Source: a bacterium (lineage in GTDB: Bacteria; Patescibacteriota; Microgenomatia; UBA8517). From it: DNA of 64,000 nt. Of this stretch, positions 18,644-28,061 are shown piece after piece (position 1 is the stretch's first letter; the number at the start of each line of letters is the position of its first letter). The notes under the pieces were generated by a model. It was given only the letters and a program-made list of their open reading frames with translations, had not been told where the DNA came from and searched no databases. Where the stretch lies: contig CP129472.1 in assembly GCA_030583725.1 (NCBI GenBank), forward strand, positions 755,096 to 819,095, in the 5' to 3' direction. Position numbers and translations under genes: made by a program.

Positions 18644-19525
18644 ATGAAATTTCTCACATCTCTGGTATTGGCTTTGACTATCCTTTCTTCCTCTAGTAGT
18701 GTTTTGGCCCAAGGAACAACAATTTCACCATCACCTGAGGCTACTGCAATTGTATCACCTGAAGCTACTGAAATACCAAGAGTTGACATAACTCAGAAAT
18801 CTGAAGAGGTAACAGGGCCATTAGAGACACTAATTAGGGATCAGAGAATAGGCAATGTTTGGCCATTTAATCCAATTAAGTATGCTATTAAAAATGCTGT
18901 AGAGTCGGGCGTACCTGCCAATACCATAGTTCTATTGTTATTACTACCAATTGTTGCAACGGTAATGGCCGCAACTCGCCAGATAATAGGTATCCGTGGT
19001 TTTGGTATATTTTTACCAGCTGCATTATCTATTGCCTTCGTGGCTATTGGTCCAATTTTAGGAATATTATTGTTTATGGCAATTGTTGTAATTTCTACAA
19101 GTGTTAGGCTAATTACCAGAAAATTGAAATTAAAACTTCAATATTTACCTAGAATGGCACTTATTTTATGGTTTGTGTCCTTTGGAATATTGGGAATCCT
19201 TTTTGCTTCTCCCTTGATTAATTATCCAGCCTTAAAAAATGTTTCTATTTTCCCCGTCCTTATCTTAACCCTCTTGACAGAGGACTTTACCAGAATTCAA
19301 CTTGGAAAATCATTTAAGACTGCTATTAGACTAACTACTCAAACATTGTTTTTAGCAATTATTTCATACGTCTTTTTGACATATCAGCCATTTAGATCGT
19401 ATGTATTATTAAATCCAGAAATTGTATTAATATCTACATTTTTGATAAATATCGTCTTGGGTAAATATGTTGGTTTGAGGTTTATGGAATACTTAAGATT
19501 TCAAAAACTTATTAGTTCAAAATGA
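18644..19525 (+). CDS. Secreted/7TM integral membrane protein (signal peptide, ~80-aa extracytoplasmic region, then about 7 TM helices); candidate partner of the adjacent ATP-grasp/peptidase
   Basis: N-terminal signal peptide ending ...SVLAQG, then multiple hydrophobic helices; directly upstream of the ATP-grasp-retropepsin fusion gene. Confidence 0.5.
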   Translation: MKFLTSLVLALTILSSSSSVLAQGTTISPSPEATAIVSPEATEIPRVDITQKSEEVTGPLETLIRDQRIGNVWPFNPIKYAIKNAVESGVPANTIVLLLLLPIVATVMAATRQIIGIRGFGIFLPAALSIAFVAIGPILGILLFMAIVVISTSVRLITRKLKLKLQYLPRMALILWFVSFGILGILFASPLINYPALKNVSIFPVLILTLLTEDFTRIQLGKSFKTAIRLTTQTLFLAIISYVFLTYQPFRSYVLLNPEIVLISTFLINIVLGKYVGLRFMEYLRFQKLISSK

Positions 19526-19541
19526 GATACAATCTACGATC

Positions 19542-20855
19542 ATGAAAGCATCTGCACTTCTTGGTTTAAATTCTAGGTCTGTACTTTTTACTGGCAGATA
19601 TAACAGTAGAAAAGCAAAGAGAATTGCTGACTCAAAACTTGCAACTAATAGGGTACTAAGGTTGGCTAAAGTTGCAAAACCGACTGTTTATGCAAAATTT
19701 AACAATCAAAATAGAGTATATGAATTTGACTGGAACAGTTTGCCTGATAAATTTGCACTAAAACCTTCACGAGGTTTGGGCGGTGACGGAATAATCGTTA
19801 TCAAGAGAAGATTAAAAAATGGTAATTTTCTGACAACTAGCAGGGAAGTCAAAACAATTGAAGATTTAAAACTCCATACCTTGGATATCTTAGAAGGAGC
19901 CTATTCAATGGGCAATGAGCCTGACACTGCCTTTGTTCAGGAGTTTGTGGGTAGGCATTCTGCATTTAAAAAAATAGCGTATAGAGGAACACCTGATATC
20001 AGGGTTATTGTTTTTAATATGATTCCTGTAATGGCGATGTTAAGGCTTCCCACTAAAGAGTCCGGAGGAAGGGCAAATTTGCATCAGGGGGCTCTGGGGG
20101 TCGGAGTTGACATCGCGTCAGGTATTACTACAAAAGCAATTGTTAATAATAGAGAAATAATTTACAAGCCAAACAGTAATAAAAAATTAAGAGGAATCAA
20201 GGTCCCATATTGGAATAAGATATTGGATACTGCAGTTAGGGCACAGGTTGCCTCAGGCTTGGGTTATGCTGGTGTTGATATTGTACTTCACCCAGAAAAA
20301 GGCCCAATGGTTATTGAATTAAATGCTCAGCCAGGGCTATCTATCCAGCTTGCTAATATGGAGGGGTTAAAAAAGCGTTTGGATAGAGTTGATGATATAA
20401 CTGTATTATCAGCAGAACACGGTGTAAAAATAGCAAAAGCATTGTTTGCTAGCAAGTTTGTTAAAAGAGTTAAAAATATTGATGATGTAGATACAATTAA
20501 GGCAGTCGAGGAAATAAAATTACTTGATGTAAATGGCAGGGGAATTAAAATCTTAGCAAAAATAGATACGGGTGCGTGGTCATCAGCAATTGACATAAGT
20601 TTGGCTAGACGTTTAGGATTACTTAAGAAAAACAGAATTATTGCAACAAGAAAGAAATTAAGTGCTTTAGGCGAAGATGAAAGGCCTGTTATAGCTTTGA
20701 CCTTTTACCTTGCTGGACGTAAAATAGCAACAAAAGTTACGGTAGCAGACAGAAAAATCTTAAGATATCAGGTTTTAATTGGTAGAACAGACCTGCAAGG
20801 CTTTTTAGTAAGCCCTGATATTGAACGTGATAAACTAGTAAAGGCAAAGTGGTAA
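19542..20855 (+). CDS. Fusion protein: RimK-related (alpha-L-glutamate-ligase-like) ATP-grasp domain plus C-terminal retropepsin-like aspartic peptidase domain (DTGA)
   Basis: ATP-grasp core motifs (KPSRGLGGDGI, ...GRANLHQGALGVGVD..., ELNAQPGLS); C-terminal ILAKIDTGAWSSAID with Asp-Thr-Gly-Ala catalytic signature. Confidence 0.65.
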   Translation: MKASALLGLNSRSVLFTGRYNSRKAKRIADSKLATNRVLRLAKVAKPTVYAKFNNQNRVYEFDWNSLPDKFALKPSRGLGGDGIIVIKRRLKNGNFLTTSREVKTIEDLKLHTLDILEGAYSMGNEPDTAFVQEFVGRHSAFKKIAYRGTPDIRVIVFNMIPVMAMLRLPTKESGGRANLHQGALGVGVDIASGITTKAIVNNREIIYKPNSNKKLRGIKVPYWNKILDTAVRAQVASGLGYAGVDIVLHPEKGPMVIELNAQPGLSIQLANMEGLKKRLDRVDDITVLSAEHGVKIAKALFASKFVKRVKNIDDVDTIKAVEEIKLLDVNGRGIKILAKIDTGAWSSAIDISLARRLGLLKKNRIIATRKKLSALGEDERPVIALTFYLAGRKIATKVTVADRKILRYQVLIGRTDLQGFLVSPDIERDKLVKAKW

Positions 20856-20871
20856 TCTATATAAAAATAAA

Positions 20872-21693
20872 ATGATAAATTTAAACGAAATACTAATCTT
20901 AACTTCAGGAAATATAACAAAGCTTGAGGGGTTTGGGGATAAGGGTGTTATGCTGGGAACTTTTAAGGAGATTAACTATGACAGTAACTCAAATGAGTTG
21001 AAATTAAACGACACAGACTTAAAAAATTATAAAGTAATTTATTTTAGAATGGTTGGAAAAAGTCTAGAGGTTGCAACATTAGTTAGTAATTATGCAAGTG
21101 AAAATGGTATAAAAGTTGTAGACGTTATGTATGAAAAAACCCGTCTTATGCCTATTTCTTTAGGTAAGTCCCTAGAAATGAGAAAACTGTATCAATCAGG
21201 GATTACTATTCCAAGAACTGTATTTGGTGATTTTTCTAAACTTAAATTTCCATATGTTGTTAAATCAACATCTGGTCAAAAAGCAAGAGAAGTATGGCTT
21301 GTTAATAATCAGGAGGAACTGGAATTGTTAAATCAAAAGTTAGATAAACAGAAACTATATTTTGCCCAAGAGTTGGTCCCAAATGCAGAAAGAATTAGGG
21401 TTTTGGTGATTGGGGATAGGGCAATAGGAGCTATAAAAAGACAGACTAAATGGAATAAAAGTCAGACAAAAGAAACCCTTGACCCTATACCAGATGAAAT
21501 AGCAAGGCTTGCAGTGGACTCAGCCAAAGCAGTGGAACTTGAGATATCAGGAATTGACATCCTAGTTAATAGTCAGACAAATGAAATGTGTGTAATTGAA
21601 GCAAACGCTGCCCCAGCTTGGAAACTAATTAATAAATACTGTAATGCGTCAGTTGAAGATGAAATCATTAAATATTTACAAACAAAAATTTAA
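20872..21693 (+). CDS. RimK-family ATP-grasp ligase
   Basis: FPYVVKSTSGQKAREVWLV, RVLVIGDRAIGAIKR, ...VIEANAAP motifs; 273 aa. Confidence 0.7.
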   Translation: MINLNEILILTSGNITKLEGFGDKGVMLGTFKEINYDSNSNELKLNDTDLKNYKVIYFRMVGKSLEVATLVSNYASENGIKVVDVMYEKTRLMPISLGKSLEMRKLYQSGITIPRTVFGDFSKLKFPYVVKSTSGQKAREVWLVNNQEELELLNQKLDKQKLYFAQELVPNAERIRVLVIGDRAIGAIKRQTKWNKSQTKETLDPIPDEIARLAVDSAKAVELEISGIDILVNSQTNEMCVIEANAAPAWKLINKYCNASVEDEIIKYLQTKI

Positions 21694-22285
21694 AGAGTTT
21701 GGTGTTAGCCCACAAGCCCTTCAATGGAAATCAAAAGGAGCTGCTCATCAACGCTTCAGACAGTTTTGGGCGGAGATAGATTTTGATAACAAAAATGTTC
21801 TTGATGTGGGTTGTGGTTTCGGAGAAATGGGCAATTTCTTAACAAAAAGGTACAAAAACGTTAAGTATAAAGGCATTGATATTATGCCAGAATTTATAGA
21901 AAACGGAAAGAAAATTTACCCTGAGCTAGACCTCGAAACGGTCGATTACTTTTCACGACCTTTACCCGTAAGTTATAGTGCCACAAGGTATGATACTGTA
22001 ATTTGTTCTGGTGCATTAAATTCTAATTTTGGAACAAAAGAAGAAAACTTAGAATTTAGAAAAAAGGCAATAAAGACAATGTTTGATCATACGTCAAATG
22101 TTTTAGCTTTTAATATGTTAGGTAGCCATCCAGCAACACAAAACAAAGACGTCAGTAATATTTGGTATACAGATAGCTTAGAAATATTGAAATATTGTAT
22201 GACATTAACTAGGCGAGTAATACTTCGCCATCACTATCATCCAACCGACTTTACAATATTTCTTTACAAAGTGAAAGAAAAGTAA
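21644..22285 (+). CDS. Class I SAM-dependent methyltransferase
   Basis: Motif I VLDVGCGFGEMG; 5' end overlaps the upstream ATP-grasp gene by ~35-50 nt (exact start uncertain). Confidence 0.65.
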   Translation: MRQLKMKSLNIYKQKFKEFGVSPQALQWKSKGAAHQRFRQFWAEIDFDNKNVLDVGCGFGEMGNFLTKRYKNVKYKGIDIMPEFIENGKKIYPELDLETVDYFSRPLPVSYSATRYDTVICSGALNSNFGTKEENLEFRKKAIKTMFDHTSNVLAFNMLGSHPATQNKDVSNIWYTDSLEILKYCMTLTRRVILRHHYHPTDFTIFLYKVKEK

Positions 22286-23098
22286 ATGTTAGATCTTTTA
22301 ATTTTTACACAATATCCAAAGACATATGGGCCAAAGAGACTTTACGAAGAAGCTTTAAAACTTGGACTAAATTGTAAAATAAAATCATATAGCAATACTG
22401 ATTTAAATGATTTGCCTGAGGCTAAATATGTAATTTTCAGAGAACCTACATCTTCTAAAAATATATACGATTTCAGAGACAAACTTTTAAATACCTATAT
22501 TTCTCATAATTCAAAAATATTAAATTGTAAGTCATATCTTGCTTGGTCAATACTTGACAAAAAAACGCAAGAGACTGAATTTAAGAAGGGAAATATACCT
22601 ACTATCTCTGAAGTTGATCCAACAATTGCCAAGTATCCATTCATTGCAAAAAGTAAGTTGGGTAGTCACGGTAGCCATGTTTTTAAAATTGAGAATAAAG
22701 ATGATTTAGACAAGGTATTATTAAAGCACAAAGCAGAAGACCTGCTTTGTCAAGAATTTCAAACTTCCGGTTTTGATTTGCGAGCCATTGTATTAGGTGA
22801 CAGGGTACTAGGGATTATGAAAAGAACACCCAAGAAGGGGGAGTTCTTGTCCAACTTTTCTCAAGGTGGGGAAGTCGAAAAGTTTAAAGTAAATGACATT
22901 GAGAGAATAAATATAGAACAAATAGCCATAAAAACTGCAAAACATTTTGAGCTTGAATTTGTTGGAGTAGATTTGATGATGGGGAACTCGGGAGAATGGA
23001 AAGTTTTAGAAGTAAATCGTGCCTGCCAATTTAAGGGTTTTGAGCGTGCATTAGGCACAAATGTTGCTTTGAGTATACTTAATTACCTCATCAATTAG
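22286..23098 (+). CDS. RimK-family ATP-grasp ligase (second paralog)
   Basis: FPFIAKSKLGSHGSHVF, RAIVLGDRVLGIMKR, VLEVNRACQFKGFE motifs. Confidence 0.7.
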   Translation: MLDLLIFTQYPKTYGPKRLYEEALKLGLNCKIKSYSNTDLNDLPEAKYVIFREPTSSKNIYDFRDKLLNTYISHNSKILNCKSYLAWSILDKKTQETEFKKGNIPTISEVDPTIAKYPFIAKSKLGSHGSHVFKIENKDDLDKVLLKHKAEDLLCQEFQTSGFDLRAIVLGDRVLGIMKRTPKKGEFLSNFSQGGEVEKFKVNDIERINIEQIAIKTAKHFELEFVGVDLMMGNSGEWKVLEVNRACQFKGFERALGTNVALSILNYLIN

Positions 23099-23124
23099 CA
23101 TTCAACCGTGATATACTACAGGGT

Positions 23125-24021
23125 ATGCTGAAGAAAGTATTGATTTTGGTTGATTCTATTGGGCCAAGTAAAAAAAAGCTTAACCGCTATTTAAATTCAA
23201 ATTCTAAAAATAAATATCGTTCATTTTTGTTTTCATTTAAAGATTTGTATTTTGATATAAATCCTAAAAAAGTTAAATTAAAGGTAAAGGATATTGATAT
23301 AACAAAATTTGATTTAGTATTTGTGAGGCGTGCAGGTAAATATGTCAGGTTTATGGGAGCCATATCAAAATACCTTGATTACAAGAAGATTGAGTTTGTA
23401 GATCCTGCATTTCGTGAAATTGGTATGAGTATGGATAAGGCCTCAAGTGCCCTCAGAATGGCGATTAGAAAGATACCTGTACCTCACACCGTTTTTTGTT
23501 TTAAAGAGAATGTCATAAATTGCAGAAAAAGAATAATTAAGTCGTTGGGATTTCCAATAATTGCAAAAGCAATATTGTCACAAAGAAACCAAAATATATA
23601 CATCTTGAGAGATGAGAAAGATTTTGAAAAATTACTGAGTAAGTCAAACAAAGAATTTATATTTCAAAAATATATAGATATAGAGAAAGAATACAGGTTT
23701 TTGATATTGGGTGAAAAAGTTTGCGTACTAGAGCAAAAGTTTAAAAGAAATTATGAAAACTTAAAAGTTGAGTACCAAGACCTGACAGGACCATCTGTTT
23801 TCCTAGAATTAGATTGTGCGACGCAGAATGCAAATAAGATAGCATTAAAGTCTGCAACTATTTTAGGGTTAGATATCGCAGGTGTTGATTTGGCAATTGA
23901 GAAAAGTACAAGGAAGATTTATATAATTGAGGTTAACAAAGGACCGGGAATTGAACCAAATGCAAAAACTTCACCAGAGCTTAAGGCATTTTCAGACTAT
24001 ATCCTCTCTCGCATATCTTAA
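23125..24021 (+). CDS. ATP-grasp ligase (third RimK-like paralog, more divergent)
   Basis: FPIIAKAILSQRNQNIYIL, YRFLILGEKVCVLEQKFKR, IIEVNKGPGIE motifs. Confidence 0.6.
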   Translation: MLKKVLILVDSIGPSKKKLNRYLNSNSKNKYRSFLFSFKDLYFDINPKKVKLKVKDIDITKFDLVFVRRAGKYVRFMGAISKYLDYKKIEFVDPAFREIGMSMDKASSALRMAIRKIPVPHTVFCFKENVINCRKRIIKSLGFPIIAKAILSQRNQNIYILRDEKDFEKLLSKSNKEFIFQKYIDIEKEYRFLILGEKVCVLEQKFKRNYENLKVEYQDLTGPSVFLELDCATQNANKIALKSATILGLDIAGVDLAIEKSTRKIYIIEVNKGPGIEPNAKTSPELKAFSDYILSRIS

Positions 24022-24040
24022 ACCACTAAAAAGAATACAC

Positions 24041-24074
24041 AAAAAACCGCCCTTTCGAGCGGAATTTGTTTTTT
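24041..24074. terminator. Possible bidirectional intrinsic terminator between convergent ATP-grasp gene and rplL
   Basis: aaaaaaccgccctttcgagcgg-aatttgtttttt: short GC stem flanked by A-run and T-run; stem is weak. Confidence 0.35.
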
Positions 24075-24135
24075 AAGTAATTTTGTTTACATTACTTTAA
24101 TGTGGAACTTAATTACTTACAGTGAAACCGAAATT

Positions 24136-24537
24136 TTATTTCAGCTCAACTGTTGCGCCAGCTGCTTTTAATTTCTCACTTGCTGACTTAACATCTTCTG
24201 CTTTTGCGTCTTTTAAGACTTCAAAAGGAAGAGTTTCAGTTGCTGCTTTGGCTTCTTGTAGTCCTAAAGCTTGATTGATTTCGCGTAGTGCTTTAATAAC
24301 TGCAATTTTATTGTCTCCTGTTGCAGCCAAAACTACTGTTTGGTTACCACCTTCTGCTGCTGCGGCTGGTGCATCACCTGCTGGTGCTGCGACTGGAGCT
24401 GCTGCTGCAACTGGCATAGCTGATACTCCAAGTTTGTCTTGGAGTGCTGTTACCAACTCTGAAAGTTCGAGTACTGAAAGTTTACTAATTTCCTCGACTA
24501 ATTTTTCTACCGTTTTATTTGCTTTTTCTTCTGTCAT
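24136..24537 (-). CDS. rplL: 50S ribosomal protein L7/L12
   Basis: Characteristic N-terminal dimerisation region, Ala/Pro hinge, C-terminal domain ending ...GATVELK. Confidence 0.9.
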   Translation of the reverse strand: MTEEKANKTVEKLVEEISKLSVLELSELVTALQDKLGVSAMPVAAAAPVAAPAGDAPAAAAEGGNQTVVLAATGDNKIAVIKALREINQALGLQEAKAATETLPFEVLKDAKAEDVKSASEKLKAAGATVELK

Positions 24538-24570
24538 TCGTACTCACCTCATTTCTTTAAAAATTTATTT

Positions 24571-25122
24571 TTATTTAGCCTTTTGGCTTAAAATATATAC
24601 TAACTTTTGTAAATTTCCTTGTAGTGTTCCTACCAATCCATACATTGGTGATGAAAGTGACCCAACAACTTGAGCGTATAATGTTTCTTTTGATGGTAGC
24701 GTCGAAATTTTTAATAGTGCTTCTTTGTCTTGATATTTACCTTCAACTATACCAACTTTAAAATTTGGAATTTGATTTTCTTTAACAAACTTACCCAAAG
24801 CTTGAATTGGGGCCACTGCATCGCCCTCCGTTAAAATTATGGCTGTTTGACCTGACAATATTTCATCGTTTAAAGCTTCTTCAGGAAGCCCAGCTTCTTT
24901 ACCTGCAATCTTAATTAAAGTATTTTTAACAACTGTCATATCTGAACCGACAGCTTTTAATTCAGCCTTTAATTTTTGTTGAAGAGTAACAGACAAACCT
25001 TGATAGTTAACAAACACAACAGAAGTTGCACTCTTTAATTTTGGAGATAAACTACCAACTAAATCTTTTTTAGCCTGTAAGGCCAAGCTTTGCTTATTTT
25101 GCTTATTCATATTCCTCGACAA
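24571..25122 (-). CDS. rplJ: 50S ribosomal protein L10
   Basis: Position between rplA and rplL, size 183 aa, L10-like sequence. Confidence 0.85.
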   Translation of the reverse strand: MSRNMNKQNKQSLALQAKKDLVGSLSPKLKSATSVVFVNYQGLSVTLQQKLKAELKAVGSDMTVVKNTLIKIAGKEAGLPEEALNDEILSGQTAIILTEGDAVAPIQALGKFVKENQIPNFKVGIVEGKYQDKEALLKISTLPSKETLYAQVVGSLSSPMYGLVGTLQGNLQKLVYILSQKAK

Positions 25123-25468
25123 GACTTGTATTTAAAAACTCTTTTAAAATGCTTGTTTTCTTGGGACAAATTGTATTATATGATAACGAATCGAAAGAAT
25201 CAAGCGGTATTGGACTTGTTTAGACGTCAATCAGAGTATGATTATTTTTTAGGAAACTTCACACTTGTTTCTTCAACGACCCTTTTTTGGTTTCCGAAAG
25301 ATTTTCCAGCGCTGGTTTGAGTGACAGTTTTAAACGGGGGTGTGTTTGCAAGCTTAAGTTTTTTTTGTGCTTCTATCCATTTTTCTCTGTCTTGTGGAGA
25401 TAGGCTTGGGTCTGGCGGTAATCCTTCCATGCATCTATTAGAACATTATAGTTTGTAGATGTCAATTA

Positions 25469-26200
25469 TTATATTTGAATCTTCACACTTGGACTCATTG
25501 TGGATTTAACAAATGCACGAATTATAGATTTTGATTCTCCTAGTGCTGTTATAATGCATTCTGCGTTTTTAACTAATTCCTCTTCCTTTTGAGAAACTTT
25601 TCCAAAAGATGTGTGAATTAATGGTTGTTCTCTTTCAGTTTTAACAGTAATTAAATTACCTTTAAATTTTTCAGCATCACTGTCCTTTTTAATGACTGTT
25701 CCATTTTTTGGATTTGGCATTAAGCCACGTGGCCCCAAAAGTCTTGCATAGATAGCTAGTTTTGGCATCATCTCTGCTGTGGCTAAAAGTAAATCAAAAT
25801 CAATTTTACCAGTCTTTAGTTTTTCTAAAGTTTTTTCAGTTGCTATTTCAACTTTCTTTTGTTTTCCTGTTGAAAAAGGTAGGGTAACTTGTGCTGAAGT
25901 TCCTTGTCTTTTAACAATTAAGTGTAGTTCCATTGTTCCATCAAACTTTGAGTAAGATGACTCTTTTACCATTTTAATTGCATCACTTAGTTTATAAAGA
26001 GTGGTGCTTGAAATGTTTTCTTTAGACTTCAAGTATTTTTTACCTCTGGTGTGAGTTACAACCTTTTTAAGAGTGGCTTCAGGGTGGCTTTCAGAATGCA
26101 CAGTAGATGCTTTTTTTGCTTTTTTCTCAGCATATTTTTCAGCAGAAGTTTTGGTTTCTTCAACCATTCCTTCTACTACTGTTGTTTTCATTTTCCCCAT
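25469..26200 (-). CDS. rplA: 50S ribosomal protein L1
   Basis: ...RLLGPRGLMPNPKNGTV... and overall L1 similarity; conserved operon position. Confidence 0.9.
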   Translation of the reverse strand: MGKMKTTVVEGMVEETKTSAEKYAEKKAKKASTVHSESHPEATLKKVVTHTRGKKYLKSKENISSTTLYKLSDAIKMVKESSYSKFDGTMELHLIVKRQGTSAQVTLPFSTGKQKKVEIATEKTLEKLKTGKIDFDLLLATAEMMPKLAIYARLLGPRGLMPNPKNGTVIKKDSDAEKFKGNLITVKTEREQPLIHTSFGKVSQKEEELVKNAECIITALGESKSIIRAFVKSTMSPSVKIQI

Positions 26201-26201
26201 T

Positions 26202-26633
26202 TTAATTGTCCACCCCTTCTACTTTGATTCCCATTGATCTTGCAGTTCCTGCAACAATCCTAACTCCCATATCAACGTTGTCTGTATTCAAGTCGTCCAT
26301 TTTATCTTTTGCAATTTCCTCAGCCTGTACCTTTGAAAGTGTGGCGTGTACCGCTCTTCCTGCAGTTCCAGATCCCTTTTCAAGACCTAGTTTCTTTTTA
26401 ATCATGTCTGCAACTGGTGCCTTTTTAATAATAAAGGTAAATGTTCTATCTTCAAAAATTGTGATGACTGCTGGAACTACTTCACCCTTCATGTCTTTAG
26501 TTTTGTCATTATATGCTTTGACAAAATCCATAATAGCTACACCGTGTTGACCTAGTGCTGTTCCAACTGGAGGTGCAGGAGTGGCTTCACCACCCTTTAA
26601 ATTAATTTTAACTATTGTTTTTACTTTTGCCAT
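26202..26633 (-). CDS. rplK: 50S ribosomal protein L11 (start placed at internal Met MAKVKT...; ORF extends to 26738)
   Basis: PPVGTALGQHGVAIMDFVKAYN motif; canonical L11 N-terminus MAK(V)K... Confidence 0.9.
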   Translation of the reverse strand: MAKVKTIVKINLKGGEATPAPPVGTALGQHGVAIMDFVKAYNDKTKDMKGEVVPAVITIFEDRTFTFIIKKAPVADMIKKKLGLEKGSGTAGRAVHATLSKVQAEEIAKDKMDDLNTDNVDMGVRIVAGTARSMGIKVEGVDN

Positions 26634-27000
26634 ATATTTATTAGATACTAGATTTAAAATTTTTTTAGATAAACAAGGGGAAACAGTTTTTAAAGAAGTT
26701 TCGACTTGTTTAGTCTCCCACAAATTAACGTGGTGCAATTATTGTATCATTGTAGTAATATTATTTCAATATGGCAGAAGGCGGTAACTCAAACAATGAA
26801 AATTCTGCAACTAAAAATGATTGGGTTATTCCTATTGCAAGAGGTCTTGATTTGAAAAAAGAAAAACATTGGGCAATAGTAGCTTTATACGACTTATTTG
26901 GCTGGAGAACTACTAAAAACAAAGAAGGTTTGTATGATATAGATCAAGAAGTGATTGGTCCAACAGACCCTGAATCAAATGAGCAGTAATTTTTTTTAGA

Positions 27001-27615
27001 TTAAATTTTTGCTATTTGTAAGAAGTCTAGTTCTACTGGAGTTTCTCTTCCAAAGATTGAGACCAAAACTTTTACTTTTCCTTTTTCCTCATCTATCTCG
27101 TGGATTGTGCCTAAAAAGTCAGAAAATGGACCGTCTGTAATTTTAACAGCCTCTCCACTTACAAACTTTGTTTTATATCTTGGAGCAGGGGAACTTACGA
27201 ACTTTTGAATATTTTTAACTTCAATTTCAGATAAAGGTGTTGGTTTGTTTCCAGCACCTACAAATCCTGTGATACCTGCAGTTGTCCTGACAGCCAACCA
27301 AGTTTCGTCATCTAAAATCATTTTAACTAATAGGTATCCTGGGAATATCTTTTCCTTTATTTGTGTTTTTTTACCACCCCTAATTATAATTTTATCTTGT
27401 GTTGGAACCAACATCTCAAAGATAGTAGTCTTTAGGTTCATTGTTTCCACCCTTTGTCTTAAGGTTTCCATAACACGGACTTCATGGCCTGAAGAAGTGT
27501 GAACCACATACCATTTAGCTTTTGGATCCTCTGTTTGATTAATAATCATATGACCTGGAATTTTTTTATTTCCAGTTCCTTTTTCTGAAATTTGTGCAGA
27601 TTGTGTATTATCCAT
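27001..27615 (-). CDS. nusG: Transcription termination/antitermination factor NusG
   Basis: [15 protein letters not shown] domain start, C-terminal KOW ([22 protein letters not shown]). Confidence 0.9.
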   Translation of the reverse strand: MDNTQSAQISEKGTGNKKIPGHMIINQTEDPKAKWYVVHTSSGHEVRVMETLRQRVETMNLKTTIFEMLVPTQDKIIIRGGKKTQIKEKIFPGYLLVKMILDDETWLAVRTTAGITGFVGAGNKPTPLSEIEVKNIQKFVSSPAPRYKTKFVSGEAVKITDGPFSDFLGTIHEIDEEKGKVKVLVSIFGRETPVELDFLQIAKI

Positions 27616-27636
27616 ATTTTTTTACTTTTTAATAGT

Positions 27637-27822
27637 TTAAAGTGACAATAAATAGTCCAAGGTCTTTGTAAGCGAAAAGTCAATTAAACCTACAAAAGAA
27701 GCTACTATTATTGATAGCACTATAACTAAACTTAGGTAGTTTATCACGACTTCGCGTTTTGGCCAAGTAACTTTTTCAAGTTCTTGTTTAACCTCGACAA
27801 GAAAGTTGGCGATTCTCTTCAT
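27637..27822 (-). CDS. secE: Preprotein translocase subunit SecE
   Basis: 61 aa, single C-terminal TM, canonical position immediately upstream of nusG. Confidence 0.7.
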   Translation of the reverse strand: MKRIANFLVEVKQELEKVTWPKREVVINYLSLVIVLSIIVASFVGLIDFSLTKTLDYLLSL

Positions 27823-28017
27823 TTAATAATTCCTTTTCTTTTCAAGCATACGATTAAATTCAATCTTGTACTTTTTCTCTTTTCTTTTTTCAGAAGGCTT
27901 TTTAAACCTTTCTCGGTCACGAAGTTCCAGCAAAAGACCCGACATTAAAGTCTTCTTTCGAAATCGTGCCAATAAGGCGTCGTCTGACTCTCCCTTTTTC
28001 TTTGTTACTACAAACAT
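27823..28017 (-). CDS. rpsU: 30S ribosomal protein S21
   Basis: ...ALLARFRKKTLMSGLLLELRDRERFKKPSEKRK... aligns with S21 (ALRRFKR...[21 protein letters not shown]). Confidence 0.7.
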   Translation of the reverse strand: MFVVTKKKGESDDALLARFRKKTLMSGLLLELRDRERFKKPSEKRKEKKYKIEFNRMLEKKRNY

Positions 28018-28061
28018 ATTTAAAAAAATCGCCTCCTTTCACCCTTAACATTAGAATGATT

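Noticed and set aside
24275-24673. 132-aa plus-strand ORF antisense to rplL/rplJ
   Set aside because: Ala/Ser-rich translation mirrors the Ala-rich L7/L12 hinge on the opposite strand, so it is an artefact.
25242-25430. 62-aa minus-strand ORF between rplA and rplJ
   Set aside because: It lies in the region that in bacteria normally forms the L10 autoregulatory leader. No SD or conservation is visible, so it is left unannotated as a gene, but it cannot be fully excluded.
26206-26550. 114-aa ORF antisense to rplK
   Set aside because: It is fully contained within a universally conserved ribosomal protein gene.
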